Shown: one piece after another, positions 1-7,658 of the stretch
How the letters are laid out: every line of letters starts with the position of its first letter
How positions within the stretch are numbered: the first letter of the stretch is position 1
Assembly: GCA_023264565.1 (NCBI GenBank)
Contig: JAHFLV010000006.1
Coordinates: 1-37,717, forward strand
Direction: 5' to 3'
DNA: 37,717 bases
DNA from: Candidatus Zambryskiibacteriota bacterium
GTDB lineage: Bacteria > Patescibacteriota > Minisyncoccia > Phycocordibacterales > DATGWK01
Notes under the pieces: generated by a model
What the model saw: only the letters and a program-made list of their open reading frames with translations
Told to the model about the DNA's origin: nothing
Databases searched by the model: none
Program-made: the position numbers and the translations under genes

Positions 1-55
1 GAGAGGCCACAGACCACCGTTTCAAACAAAAAAGCTCTTAAAAAGCTTGGGTTAC

Positions 56-83
56 ATAGTAGCAGAAGCATAAATACTGTCAA
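56..83 (-). promoter_or_regulatory. Sigma70-like promoter reading leftwards out of the window
   Basis: Minus strand reads TTGACA-16 nt-TACTAT, with the CTTCTGC block abutting the -10. Confidence 0.55.
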
Positions 84-110
84 ACAAAAACAGCCCTATT
101 TCAGGCTGTT
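81..110 (-). terminator. Intrinsic terminator after rplE (bidirectional look)
   Basis: AACAGCC/GGCTGTT 7-bp stem, 8-nt loop, U-run on the minus strand (and also on the plus strand). Confidence 0.6.
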
Positions 111-132
111 TTTTGCTTATTGAGGATATTTA

Positions 133-726
133 CTAGGCTTTCTTCTCTTTCTTGTCTTTTTTCACCTTTTTTGGACCAAGTTCTTCCTTTTTAAGAGTGC
201 TGAATGGGAAACCGAGGTGATCAAAGAAAGCTCGTGCTTCTTCGCGATTTTTTGCAGTTGTTACTACAGTGATCGCAAATCCGAAGATGTCTTTAAGGTC
301 TTCGTCGGCAGTTTCAGGGAAAATGATGTGTTCTCGAATACCCAAAGTGTAGTTACCCATTGAGTCGATAGATGACGCAGGAATACCTCGGAAGTCTTTT
401 GTTCGAGGAAGAGCGATGTTGATAAGACGATCGAGGAAATCGTACATTCGAGCACCGTTCAAAGTAACCTGGTAACCAACTGGGTCACCCTGACGAACCT
501 TAAAGGCAGCGATAGAGATCTTAGCGCCCTTTTTTGCAGCCTTCTGACCAGTGATTTTGGTGAGACGATCACCAACAACATCCTGCTTCTTCTTGTCTTT
601 GAAAGAACCGATACCGGCGCTTACAACAACCTTCACGAGCTTTGGGCTCTGCATTGGGTTCTTGTAGCCGAATTTTTCCTTCAAACTATCGAACGCTTTA
701 TTATTTTTTTCTTTTACTGAAATCAT
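133..726 (-). CDS. rplE: 50S ribosomal protein L5
   Basis: 197-aa ORF with L5 hallmarks (GYKNPMQSPKLVKVVV..., GNYTLGIREHIIFPE). It follows rplX in spc-operon order and has a Lys-rich C-terminal tail. Confidence 0.95.
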   Translation of the reverse strand: MISVKEKNNKAFDSLKEKFGYKNPMQSPKLVKVVVSAGIGSFKDKKKQDVVGDRLTKITGQKAAKKGAKISIAAFKVRQGDPVGYQVTLNGARMYDFLDRLINIALPRTKDFRGIPASSIDSMGNYTLGIREHIIFPETADEDLKDIFGFAITVVTTAKNREEARAFFDHLGFPFSTLKKEELGPKKVKKDKKEKKA

Positions 727-743
727 ATATTTTATGAGGCCGA

Positions 744-1052
744 TTATGAGAGGACTGAGCCACTTTTTTTAGCCACGCGGACTTTTCGGTCGCCTTCTTT
801 CTTCATGCCGATTCGGCTACCCTTTCCAGTCTTTGGGTCGACAATCATCGCATTTGAAACAGAAAATGGCATTGCTCGTTCTACAACCTGACCCTTACCT
901 CCCTGCTTCTTAGCGCGTTCGTGAGCTTTCACGATGTTTACACCTTCAACAAGAATTTTGTTGATACGAGGAAATGCTTTCGCAACCGTACCGGTCTTAC
1001 CGCGATCTTTTCCTGAGATGATTATGATATTGTCGTTCTTTTTAATTTTCAT
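744..1052 (-). CDS. rplX: 50S ribosomal protein L24
   Basis: KOW-type sequence MKIKKNDNIIIISGKDRGKTGTV. I use the internal ATG at 1052, because the longer track ORF (to 1082) would run to within 12 nt of the rplN stop (1094). Confidence 0.9.
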   Translation of the reverse strand: MKIKKNDNIIIISGKDRGKTGTVAKAFPRINKILVEGVNIVKAHERAKKQGGKGQVVERAMPFSVSNAMIVDPKTGKGSRIGMKKEGDRKVRVAKKSGSVLS

Positions 1053-1093
1053 TGTAGTTTTGAAATTTGGGAAATGTGCCAAATCGGCGCGTG

Positions 1094-1465
1094 TTACACG
1101 ACTTCTGGAGCTCGTGAAATGATGGTCTGGAAACCGAGCTCACCGATTTCTCGTGGAATTGGTCCGAAGATACGGCCGGCAATTGGTTCTCGTGTACCCT
1201 TGTCGATAATAACGACTGCGTTTTCATCGAATCGAACATACGAACCGTCTGCGCGTCGGAATGGTGCTCGCTGTCGAACAACCACACCTCGGAGAACGTC
1301 TTTCTTCTTTACAGACTTTCGTGGCTGAGCTTTTTGTACTGAGAGAACAACGATGTCGCCAATTCGAGCGTAGCGTTTCTTTGAACCGCCGAGCACTTTG
1401 AAAATTCGGCCGATCTGGGCACCAGAGTTATCTGCGATAGCGATGATTGAGCGTGGCTGTATCAT
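1094..1465 (-). CDS. rplN: 50S ribosomal protein L14
   Basis: 123 aa, MIQPRS...ADNSGA...RFDENAVVII motif set typical of L14. Operon position is after rpsQ. Confidence 0.95.
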   Translation of the reverse strand: MIQPRSIIAIADNSGAQIGRIFKVLGGSKKRYARIGDIVVLSVQKAQPRKSVKKKDVLRGVVVRQRAPFRRADGSYVRFDENAVVIIDKGTREPIAGRIFGPIPREIGELGFQTIISRAPEVV

Positions 1466-1466
1466 G

Positions 1467-1763
1467 TTATTTTGTTACTGAAGCACCAACGCTTTTTACA
1501 GTGCTGATAACTTTAAATCTCTTGTGCTTAGAAATTGGCGCGGTTTCTTCGATAATGACTTCGTCACCGATTTTGTTGGTGTTTCCTGCATTGTGCGCCA
1601 TGAACTTCTTGCTTCGAGAAATGAACTTCTTGTATTTTGGATGTTTGAAAAAGCTTTTAACAGAAACAACCACAGTGTCTTTCATTTTGTCAGACACAAC
1701 AACACCCTGAAGTTTTTTCTTCGAAGTGGTTTTTGCTACTGGTTGTGTTGTTTCCTTTTTCAT
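1467..1763 (-). CDS. rpsQ: 30S ribosomal protein S17
   Basis: 98 aa; LQGVVVSDKMKDTVVVSV...HPKYKK core of S17. Lies between rpmC and rplN. Confidence 0.9.
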   Translation of the reverse strand: MKKETTQPVAKTTSKKKLQGVVVSDKMKDTVVVSVKSFFKHPKYKKFISRSKKFMAHNAGNTNKIGDEVIIEETAPISKHKRFKVISTVKSVGASVTK

Positions 1764-1818
1764 ATGTATTTTAAATATTTTTTGATTTCGGCATGCCGCT
1801 CTGCGGCGCGCCAGTTCC

Positions 1819-2019
1819 CTACTTTGCTGCGGCGAGCTCTGCTCGGCGGAGTTCGGTCTGGATTCGAGCGATGTCTTTCTTCAAGTTTCGCGCTTCGCGA
1901 ACGTTCTTGCTCTTGCTACCAGCTGAACCAAAGCGAAAATCTCGAACCGCGTTTCGCTTGTCAGCGAGCATGTCGGTAAGTGATTTTTTGTCTTTGTTTT
2001 TAAAATCGGCTGATTTCAT
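1819..2019 (-). CDS. rpmC: 50S ribosomal protein L29
   Basis: 66-aa product from the internal ATG (MKSADFKNKDKKSLTDMLADKRNAV...ARIQTELRR). Size, helical Lys/Arg-rich character and position after rplP fit L29. The longer ORF would overlap rplP. Confidence 0.8.
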   Translation of the reverse strand: MKSADFKNKDKKSLTDMLADKRNAVRDFRFGSAGSKSKNVREARNLKKDIARIQTELRRAELAAAK

Positions 2020-2044
2020 TGAAGTAAAGTTATATCCTACTTTA

Positions 2045-2473
2045 TTATCCTTGTCGAGCGACGAACTTTGTCTTAAGAGGAAGCTTTGTGCCTGCCTTTC
2101 GGATTGCTTCTCGAGCAACCGCGATATCGACACCGTCTACTTCGAAGAGCACCCGGCCACCGAGCACAGGAACCTGATAACCCTGCGGATCTCCCTTACC
2201 CTTTCCAAGCTTCACTTCGGCTGGTTTCTGGGTGTATGGCATATCTGGGAAGATTCGGATCCATACACGACCGTTTTTACCAAGCTCTCGAGACAAAACC
2301 TTTCGAGCAGCTTCGATCTGATTTGATCGGATACGAGCTGGAGTCAAAGCCTTGAGGCCGTAAGAACCGAAAGCAACAGTAGAACCACGGGTCGTTGGAC
2401 TGACTCGGTTTGGGTTACGTCGGAACGTATGCCACTTTCGATATTTAACTTTTTTTGGAATAAGGGAAACCAT
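2045..2473 (-). CDS. rplP: 50S ribosomal protein L16
   Basis: 142 aa; MVSLIPKKVKYRKWH...GKGKGDPQGYQVPV motifs of L16. S10-operon order. Confidence 0.95.
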   Translation of the reverse strand: MVSLIPKKVKYRKWHTFRRNPNRVSPTTRGSTVAFGSYGLKALTPARIRSNQIEAARKVLSRELGKNGRVWIRIFPDMPYTQKPAEVKLGKGKGDPQGYQVPVLGGRVLFEVDGVDIAVAREAIRKAGTKLPLKTKFVARQG

Positions 2474-2488
2474 ATATTTGTTTTAAAT

Positions 2489-3172
2489 TTATGCGGCTTT
2501 CTGCTGCTTATCTTTATCTTTTTCGAAGATATCACCTTTGTAGATCCAAACCTTGATTCCGATCTGACCGTAGGTCATTCGAGCTTCGTATCGAGTAAAG
2601 TCGACATCTGCACGGAGAGTCTGAAGTGGTACTCGACCCTTTCGGAGTTTCTCAACGCGTGACATTTCGGCACCACCAAGACGACCTGAAAGTTCGATCT
2701 TTGCACCCAAGACACCCTTGTTTGCAATAATCTTTTCCAAAGATTGTTTGATGACACGTCGGAATGGAAGGCGCTTTTCGAGACCTTCGGCAATCATCTG
2801 AGCCATGATGTGCGCATTGGTTTCTGGGTATCGAACTTCTTTGATCTCAATTTTGATTTCTTCTTTTGGATTGATTCCAAGCTTTGTTGCCTGCTTCAAA
2901 AGATCTGACTGGAGTTTTGCGGTACCCTCACCTGCTCGGCCAATGATAAGACCTGGGCGTGAAGTTTCGATAACGATCTTCAAGGTTTTTTGACCTCGCT
3001 CGATTTCGATGTTGCTTACATACATACCTCGGAAACGTTCTTCCAAATATTCTCGAGTCAAAATATCGCTTCGGAGATTTACCTTGTATGAATTCTTAGG
3101 AGAAAACCATCGGGACTTCCAGTCTCTGATGATTCCAAGTCTATGTGCGTATGGGTGGACTCGATGTGACAT
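2489..3172 (-). CDS. rpsC: 30S ribosomal protein S3
   Basis: Starts MSHRVHPYAHRLGIIRDWKSRWF (canonical S3 N-terminus) at ATG 3172, 4 nt after the rplV stop. The upstream extension in the track ORF overlaps rplV and was rejected. Confidence 0.93.
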   Translation of the reverse strand: MSHRVHPYAHRLGIIRDWKSRWFSPKNSYKVNLRSDILTREYLEERFRGMYVSNIEIERGQKTLKIVIETSRPGLIIGRAGEGTAKLQSDLLKQATKLGINPKEEIKIEIKEVRYPETNAHIMAQMIAEGLEKRLPFRRVIKQSLEKIIANKGVLGAKIELSGRLGGAEMSRVEKLRKGRVPLQTLRADVDFTRYEARMTYGQIGIKVWIYKGDIFEKDKDKQQKAA

Positions 3173-3176
3173 ATGA

Positions 3177-3560
3177 TTATTTTGTTTCAGTTTTAGCTTT
3201 AGTTGCTTTTGCCTTAGGCGCTTTTTCTGCCTTTTCAGCCAAAGAAACAGCGATATGACTTGTTCGCTTTCGTTTTGTAAAAGCTCGGCCTCGTGACATT
3301 GGAAGTCGTCGGTACAAAGTTGCACCAGCGTTTACAGAAATGTTGCTGATCACAAGAGCGTCGACATTCATGCCTTTGTTTTTTGCATTCGCAACAGCAG
3401 ACTCGATAAGTTTGATGATCGGGCCAGTTGCTCGTTTGTTAGCAAATTTAAGAGTTGTGATTGCCTGAGGAACTTTCTTTCCTCGAACAAGATCAGCGAG
3501 TAAACGCACCTTTCGTGGTGATTGTCGGTATGTATTGAGTTGTGCGTTTGCTGATTCCAT
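3177..3560 (-). CDS. rplV: 50S ribosomal protein L22
   Basis: 127 aa; SPRKVRLLADLVRGKKV...AVANA pattern of L22, with a Lys/Ala-rich C-terminal tail. Confidence 0.93.
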   Translation of the reverse strand: MESANAQLNTYRQSPRKVRLLADLVRGKKVPQAITTLKFANKRATGPIIKLIESAVANAKNKGMNVDALVISNISVNAGATLYRRLPMSRGRAFTKRKRTSHIAVSLAEKAEKAPKAKATKAKTETK

Positions 3561-3580
3561 GTGAGTGAAGTATTGAAAAA

Positions 3581-3937
3581 TTATTTCTTAGCGCCGCCAG
3601 TTTTAGCGTCAGCAGCAGCTTTTGCAGCCTGAGCAGAAGCGATTTCAGATTCTTTCGCCTTTGTTTCCATTTCTTTCTGCATCTTTCCTCCGTGTCGGAT
3701 GAATTTACGAGTCAAAGAAAATTCACCAAGTCGGTGACCAACCATGTCTTCGGTAACAAGCACTGGAACGTGTTCGCGACCGTTGTGAACACCAAAAGTG
3801 AAACCAACCATTTCTGGTGCGATTTGGCTGTCTCGAGCCCACGTCTTAATAACTCCTGCTTCACTGGTTTTCTTTCCAGCGATTTTCAAGAGAAGTTTTT
3901 CGTAGACGTATGGTCCTTTTTTGGTCGATCGTGTCAT
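3581..3937 (-). CDS. rpsS: 30S ribosomal protein S19
   Basis: [11 protein letters not shown]...[24 protein letters not shown] is canonical S19. ATG at 3937; there is a ~35-aa Ala/Lys-rich C-terminal extension. Confidence 0.93.
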   Translation of the reverse strand: MTRSTKKGPYVYEKLLLKIAGKKTSEAGVIKTWARDSQIAPEMVGFTFGVHNGREHVPVLVTEDMVGHRLGEFSLTRKFIRHGGKMQKEMETKAKESEIASAQAAKAAADAKTGGAKK

Positions 3938-4006
3938 TTTAAAATTTATTTGATTGTGCCGCGATGGGCGTTTCGGAGTTGTCTTTTGCAGGGCGCTTTT
4001 TATTAA

Positions 4007-4038
4007 ACAAAAAACCTGCCCCACTCCTCGAAGGCAGG
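4007..4038 (-). terminator. Terminator-like hairpin inside the rpsS leader (candidate attenuator)
   Basis: CCTGCC/GGCAGG stem, 12-nt loop, followed by TTTTTTG on the minus strand. Lies between the promoter at 4087-4114 and the rpsS ATG at 3937. Confidence 0.4.
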
Positions 4039-4086
4039 CCCGAACTGCTGGTAAAGCAATGTGGGCGCGCTAATTGCGTAGGGAGA

Positions 4087-4114
4087 ATAGTAGCAGAAGA
4101 TGAAAAAGAGTCAA
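4087..4114 (-). promoter_or_regulatory. Sigma70-like promoter upstream of rpsS
   Basis: Minus strand reads TTGACT-16 nt-TACTAT with the CTTCTGC block abutting the -10. Confidence 0.6.
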
Positions 4115-4152
4115 GAATTTGGCCTCCATTCCCTTCTTATAATTTAGTAGGC

Positions 4153-4179
4153 AAACAAAAAGCGTCCAAAATGGACGCT
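4153..4179 (-). terminator. Intrinsic terminator of the 57-aa peptide gene
   Basis: AGCGTCCA/TGGACGCT 8-bp perfect stem, 3-nt loop, TTTTTG tail on the minus strand, 25 nt after the stop. Confidence 0.75.
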
Positions 4180-4203
4180 GTGTGGAACAAAAGAACCTGT
4201 AGA

Positions 4204-4377
4204 TCACTTACTGAACTTGGCGTGGAAGTAGGCCTGAACGAAAGCCGGATACCAGTCGGGAGGTGCCAGGACGACGTAGGCCAACAGAAGTATGCTTGTA
4301 AATGCAATGGCCGCACCAACCAGAAACCCCCGACGAATCCCCGAGTCTTCCTTCTTTGGGTCATATCCCCTTGCCAT
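4204..4377 (-). CDS. 57-aa single-pass membrane peptide (hypothetical)
   Basis: ATG at 4377 is preceded by AGGAG 9 nt upstream. One hydrophobic helix (FLVGAAIAFTSILLLAYVVLA). It has its own TTGACT-16-TATAAT promoter and its own 8-bp hairpin terminator. Confidence 0.6.
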   Translation of the reverse strand: MARGYDPKKEDSGIRRGFLVGAAIAFTSILLLAYVVLAPPDWYPAFVQAYFHAKFSK

Positions 4378-4446
4378 GGACAGAATCTCCTTACTATCTT
4401 TGGTCAGAGTGTTACACCCAGGCACAAGCCACAGGTTTCTAGCATC

Positions 4447-4474
4447 ATTATACACTTATAAAAGTAAAAGTCAA
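4447..4474 (-). promoter_or_regulatory. Promoter of the 57-aa peptide gene
   Basis: Minus strand reads TTGACT-16 nt-TATAAT (consensus -10), about 65 nt upstream of the ATG at 4377. Confidence 0.65.
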
Positions 4475-4499
4475 TAGTTCCTGAAAGTTGATCTTCCAA

Positions 4500-4523
4500 C
4501 AAAAAAGCCTCATTTCTGAGGCT
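4500..4523 (-). terminator. Intrinsic terminator after rplB
   Basis: AGCCTCA/TGAGGCT 7-bp stem, TTTC/GAAA loop, U6 on the minus strand, about 30 nt after the rplB stop. Confidence 0.7.
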
Positions 4524-4551
4524 TTTTTGTTCACTTTTTCGTGAGGAGATT

Positions 4552-5403
4552 TTATTGTTCTTTGCCTTTCTTTCCGACTCGGCGTCTTGAAACAATGAAG
4601 ACGTTTGAGTATTTCTTTGGAGTTCGGCTCTTCTGACCCTTTCCTGTTGGGCGGCCAGTTCGAGTCATCGCTCGTCGGCGACCTCGGCCTTGTCGGCCTT
4701 CGCCTCCACCGTGCGGATGATCGACTGGGTTCATAGCAGTACCTCGGACAGTCGGACGAATACCCAACCATCGGCTGCGACCTGCTTTTCCAAGCTGAAC
4801 GAGTCGGTTTTCGTCGTTTGAAACTTCACCAATTGAAGCCCATGCGAGTTCTGAAACTTTTCGAACTTCAGTTGAAGGAAGTTTGACGTGAGCAAAACCT
4901 GAATCTTTTGCAATGATTTCTGCAAAGTTACCTGCTGAACGAGCCATTTTGGCACCGGAACCCGCTTTGAACTCTACGTTGTATATAAATGTTCCCAATG
5001 GAATGTCTTTGATTGGAAGACGATTTCCTGGAGTGATCGGAGCGTTTTCTGCAGCAAGGATTTCTTGGCCAGGTCGAACGTTCTTTGGGAGAAGGATGTA
5101 TCGCTTTTCGCCGTCTTTGTAGTTTACGAGACCAATGAAACCCGTTCGATTTGGATCGTATTCAACGGTTTTAACAACACCAGGAACGCCGATTTTATCC
5201 ATTCGAAAATCGATTTCTCGGAAGAGTCGTTTGTGACCACCTCCCTTATGATTCATGGTGATTCGGCCGAAATTGTTGCGACCCATCGGACGTCGGAAAC
5301 CATGAGTAAGTTTCTTATGAGGTTCGTTGGTAGTGATCACTGCTCGGTAAGAGACAGTAGTCATATTTCGGCGTGATTTTGTTGTTGGTCGATAGCGTTT
5401 CAT
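4552..5403 (-). CDS. rplB: 50S ribosomal protein L2
   Basis: 283 aa; GRNNFGRITMNHKGGGHKR and MNPVDHPHGGGEGR signatures of L2. Confidence 0.96.
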   Translation of the reverse strand: MKRYRPTTKSRRNMTTVSYRAVITTNEPHKKLTHGFRRPMGRNNFGRITMNHKGGGHKRLFREIDFRMDKIGVPGVVKTVEYDPNRTGFIGLVNYKDGEKRYILLPKNVRPGQEILAAENAPITPGNRLPIKDIPLGTFIYNVEFKAGSGAKMARSAGNFAEIIAKDSGFAHVKLPSTEVRKVSELAWASIGEVSNDENRLVQLGKAGRSRWLGIRPTVRGTAMNPVDHPHGGGEGRQGRGRRRAMTRTGRPTGKGQKSRTPKKYSNVFIVSRRRVGKKGKEQ

Positions 5404-5438
5404 GTTTGTTTGGTCGTGTTGTTGTAGGCGGCAGTGTA

Positions 5439-5906
5439 TTACACAATTTCAATCTTGTCACCTTCTTTAAGGTACACATAGGCTTTCTTAATACCAGATG
5501 AAACACCTGATCGGCCTCGGTAGAAAACGTTCTTGCTTGGAGTTCGAGCAATAGAAACCTTTACTGGTCGAACCTTAAACATTGAGAAAATTGCTTCTCG
5601 AACGCTTACTTTGTTTGCATCATGAGCGATTTCGAAAACAAAAACGTTTTCAGCATCAGCTTTGTAAGATGACTTTTCAGTAACTCGTGGGCGAAGAATG
5701 ACTTTGCTGTAATTTACTGCTGGGTTTGAAGAAACCTGAGCATCTGCAACAACAGCAGGAGTTTTTGCAACTTTTTCTTTTGGAGCTTTTACAGCTTTTG
5801 TCTTAGCAACTTTTGCCTTAGGTGCAGCATCAGTTTTTGCTGTTTTTGCAGCCTTTGGCTTTACATCCTTTGCTTCGTCTTTTGTTTTTTTGCTAAAAAG
5901 TCCCAT
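5439..5906 (-). CDS. rplW: 50S ribosomal protein L23 with Lys/Ala-rich N-terminal extension
   Basis: The C-terminal ~95 aa (ILRPRVTEKS...VFVFEIAHDANKVSVREA...KKAYVYLKEGDKIE) is L23. The first ~60 aa are AKxK repeats. Confidence 0.9.
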   Translation of the reverse strand: MGLFSKKTKDEAKDVKPKAAKTAKTDAAPKAKVAKTKAVKAPKEKVAKTPAVVADAQVSSNPAVNYSKVILRPRVTEKSSYKADAENVFVFEIAHDANKVSVREAIFSMFKVRPVKVSIARTPSKNVFYRGRSGVSSGIKKAYVYLKEGDKIEIV

Positions 5907-5907
5907 A

Positions 5908-6627
5908 TTATTTGGTTAGTTTTCCAGAAATAGCCTTTACTGATTCAGCTGGGTTCACAAACATAACATATTTGTATTTTGCGAGTTCAAGCGGACTCAA
6001 GTTTCGAGCTTCGTTTACTTTTACGTTTGAGAAGTTTCGGAAACTCTTTTCGATTGCTTCGTTCTTGTTTTCGAGAGCCATAACAAGCGCGTTAGATTTC
6101 TTTCCAGAGATTCTCTTGTACGCTTCGATCTTGCCGATTGAACCAAAAATTTCTTTTGCGTCTTTTGTCTTTGGACCAGACATAGCGAGTGAATCCATGA
6201 AGATCACTTCACCCTGCTGCATCTTTCGAGAAAGAATGGTGTACAAAGCTTTTGCACGCATCTTTTGGTTAACCTTTCGGTCGAAGTTCTTGTCGTTTCG
6301 TGGACCATGAGTAACACCTCCACCAACCCAGATTGGAGATCGAGTAGAACCGTGTCGAGCGCGACCAGTTCCCTTTTGCTGCCAAGGCTTCTTTCCGCCT
6401 CCGCGAACGTCACCTCGCATTTTTGTATGCGCAACAGTTTTTCGGATTGAAGTCTGAAGAGACTGGAGCACCTGATGAACCAAGTCGGCATTCCAAGGCA
6501 AACCGAATACATCCTGAGGAAGTTCGTACTTTCCTACTTCAGCGCCTTTTGAGTTGTAGACAATCGCGTCTTTTGCGACTTTAGCGACTTTGGCGACTTT
6601 TTTTGTTTTTGTAGTTTCGTTTTTCAT
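5908..6627 (-). CDS. rplD: 50S ribosomal protein L4
   Basis: 239 aa; RGGGKKPWQQKGTGRARHGS motif of L4. Lies between rplC and rplW. Confidence 0.95.
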   Translation of the reverse strand: MKNETTKTKKVAKVAKVAKDAIVYNSKGAEVGKYELPQDVFGLPWNADLVHQVLQSLQTSIRKTVAHTKMRGDVRGGGKKPWQQKGTGRARHGSTRSPIWVGGGVTHGPRNDKNFDRKVNQKMRAKALYTILSRKMQQGEVIFMDSLAMSGPKTKDAKEIFGSIGKIEAYKRISGKKSNALVMALENKNEAIEKSFRNFSNVKVNEARNLSPLELAKYKYVMFVNPAESVKAISGKLTK

Positions 6628-6644
6628 ATCAGTATGGATCGGTA

Positions 6645-7262
6645 TTAGCCGGTTACTTCAACAAGAGTGCCTCGGCGACCTGGAACAGCACCACTCACAA
6701 CGAGAGTGTTTGTTGCTGGATCAGCCTGAAGAACAATGAGGTTCTTTACGGTAACACGATCGCCACCAGTTCGGCCGGCCATTCGCATACCCTTTGGAAC
6801 TTTGTTTCGGAGACCTCCGCCGATAGAACCTGGTTCTCGCTCAGAATGTTTCTGACCGTGGCTTCGTGGACCTCCTTTGAAACCGTGTCGCTTCACAACA
6901 CCCTGGAAACCTTTTCCTTTAGAAGTTGCAGAAACAGCAACCGTATCCCCTGGAGCAAAGACGGTTACATCGAGTTTGTCACCAACGTTCTTTGGAGCAT
7001 TTTCAACTCCTTCAGTTCGGAATTCTTTGAGATGAGCAAAAGTACCGTAAGCCTTTGTGTGACCAACTTCTGATTTGCTGAGGTCCTTTTCTTTCTTTGA
7101 ACCAAAACCAATCTGGATAGCTTCGTAGCCATCTTTTTCTTTTCCCTTCACCTGAGTGACGGTCATAGGACCTGACTGGAGGACGGTTGCTGAAAAGACT
7201 TCGCCGTTATCAGCAAACACCTGCGTCATATGCAGTTTTTTAGCAAGAATGAATTTCATCAA
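6645..7262 (-). CDS. rplC: 50S ribosomal protein L3
   Basis: 205 aa; KKLHMTQVF...SKGKGFQGVVKRHGF motifs of L3. The start could be the second Met (7259). Confidence 0.95.
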   Translation of the reverse strand: MMKFILAKKLHMTQVFADNGEVFSATVLQSGPMTVTQVKGKEKDGYEAIQIGFGSKKEKDLSKSEVGHTKAYGTFAHLKEFRTEGVENAPKNVGDKLDVTVFAPGDTVAVSATSKGKGFQGVVKRHGFKGGPRSHGQKHSEREPGSIGGGLRNKVPKGMRMAGRTGGDRVTVKNLIVLQADPATNTLVVSGAVPGRRGTLVEVTG

Positions 7263-7263
7263 T

Positions 7264-7632
7264 TTACATTATTTTCACTTCAATCGATACACCAGACGGC
7301 AAGCTCAAGTTTGTCAGGGATTCAATGATTTTCTGACTTGGATTGATGATATCAATCAAGCGCTTGTGAATGCGCATTTCGAACTGTTCACGAGCGTTTT
7401 TGTAGACGAACGCCGCGCGGTTTACTGTGTACTTTTTGATCTCTGTTGGCAACGGGATCGGTCCAACAATTTCTGCATCATAACGAAGCGCAGTATCGAT
7501 GATCTGCTTTACAGACAAATCAAGGATCTTGTATTCGTACGCTCGCACACGAATGCGGAGTTTAGAAACACCAGAAGCAGCCGCCTTAGGCGCTTTGACT
7601 TTCTTTTCTTTTGCTGCTGCTTTAGTTGCCAT
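7264..7632 (-). CDS. rpsJ: 30S ribosomal protein S10
   Basis: [14 protein letters not shown]...GPIPLPT...HKRLIDI is canonical S10, with a ~20-aa Lys/Ala N-terminal tail. Confidence 0.95.
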   Translation of the reverse strand: MATKAAAKEKKVKAPKAAASGVSKLRIRVRAYEYKILDLSVKQIIDTALRYDAEIVGPIPLPTEIKKYTVNRAAFVYKNAREQFEMRIHKRLIDIINPSQKIIESLTNLSLPSGVSIEVKIM

Positions 7633-7658
7633 GTTTTTAAAAGATCAATTAATAGGTA

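Noticed and set aside
1524-2326. Plus-strand ORFs of 151 and 177 aa opposite rpsQ, rpmC and rplP
   Set aside because: They are antisense to canonical ribosomal protein genes. The same applies to 7156-7662 (+), 5912-6310 (+), 8496-8831 (+) and similar ORFs elsewhere.
2489-3325. N-terminally extended versions of rpsC (to 3325), rpsS (to 4024), rplX (to 1082), rpmC (to 2133), tpiA (to 27284) and the giant pseudopilin (to 31372)
   Set aside because: The extensions overlap the upstream gene or add non-homologous residues ahead of canonical N-termini. Internal ATGs give standard protein starts.
3964-4461. 165-aa plus-strand ORF in the rplB-rpsS spacer
   Set aside because: It runs across two minus-strand terminators and a promoter, has no RBS, and is antisense to the well-signalled 57-aa ORF.
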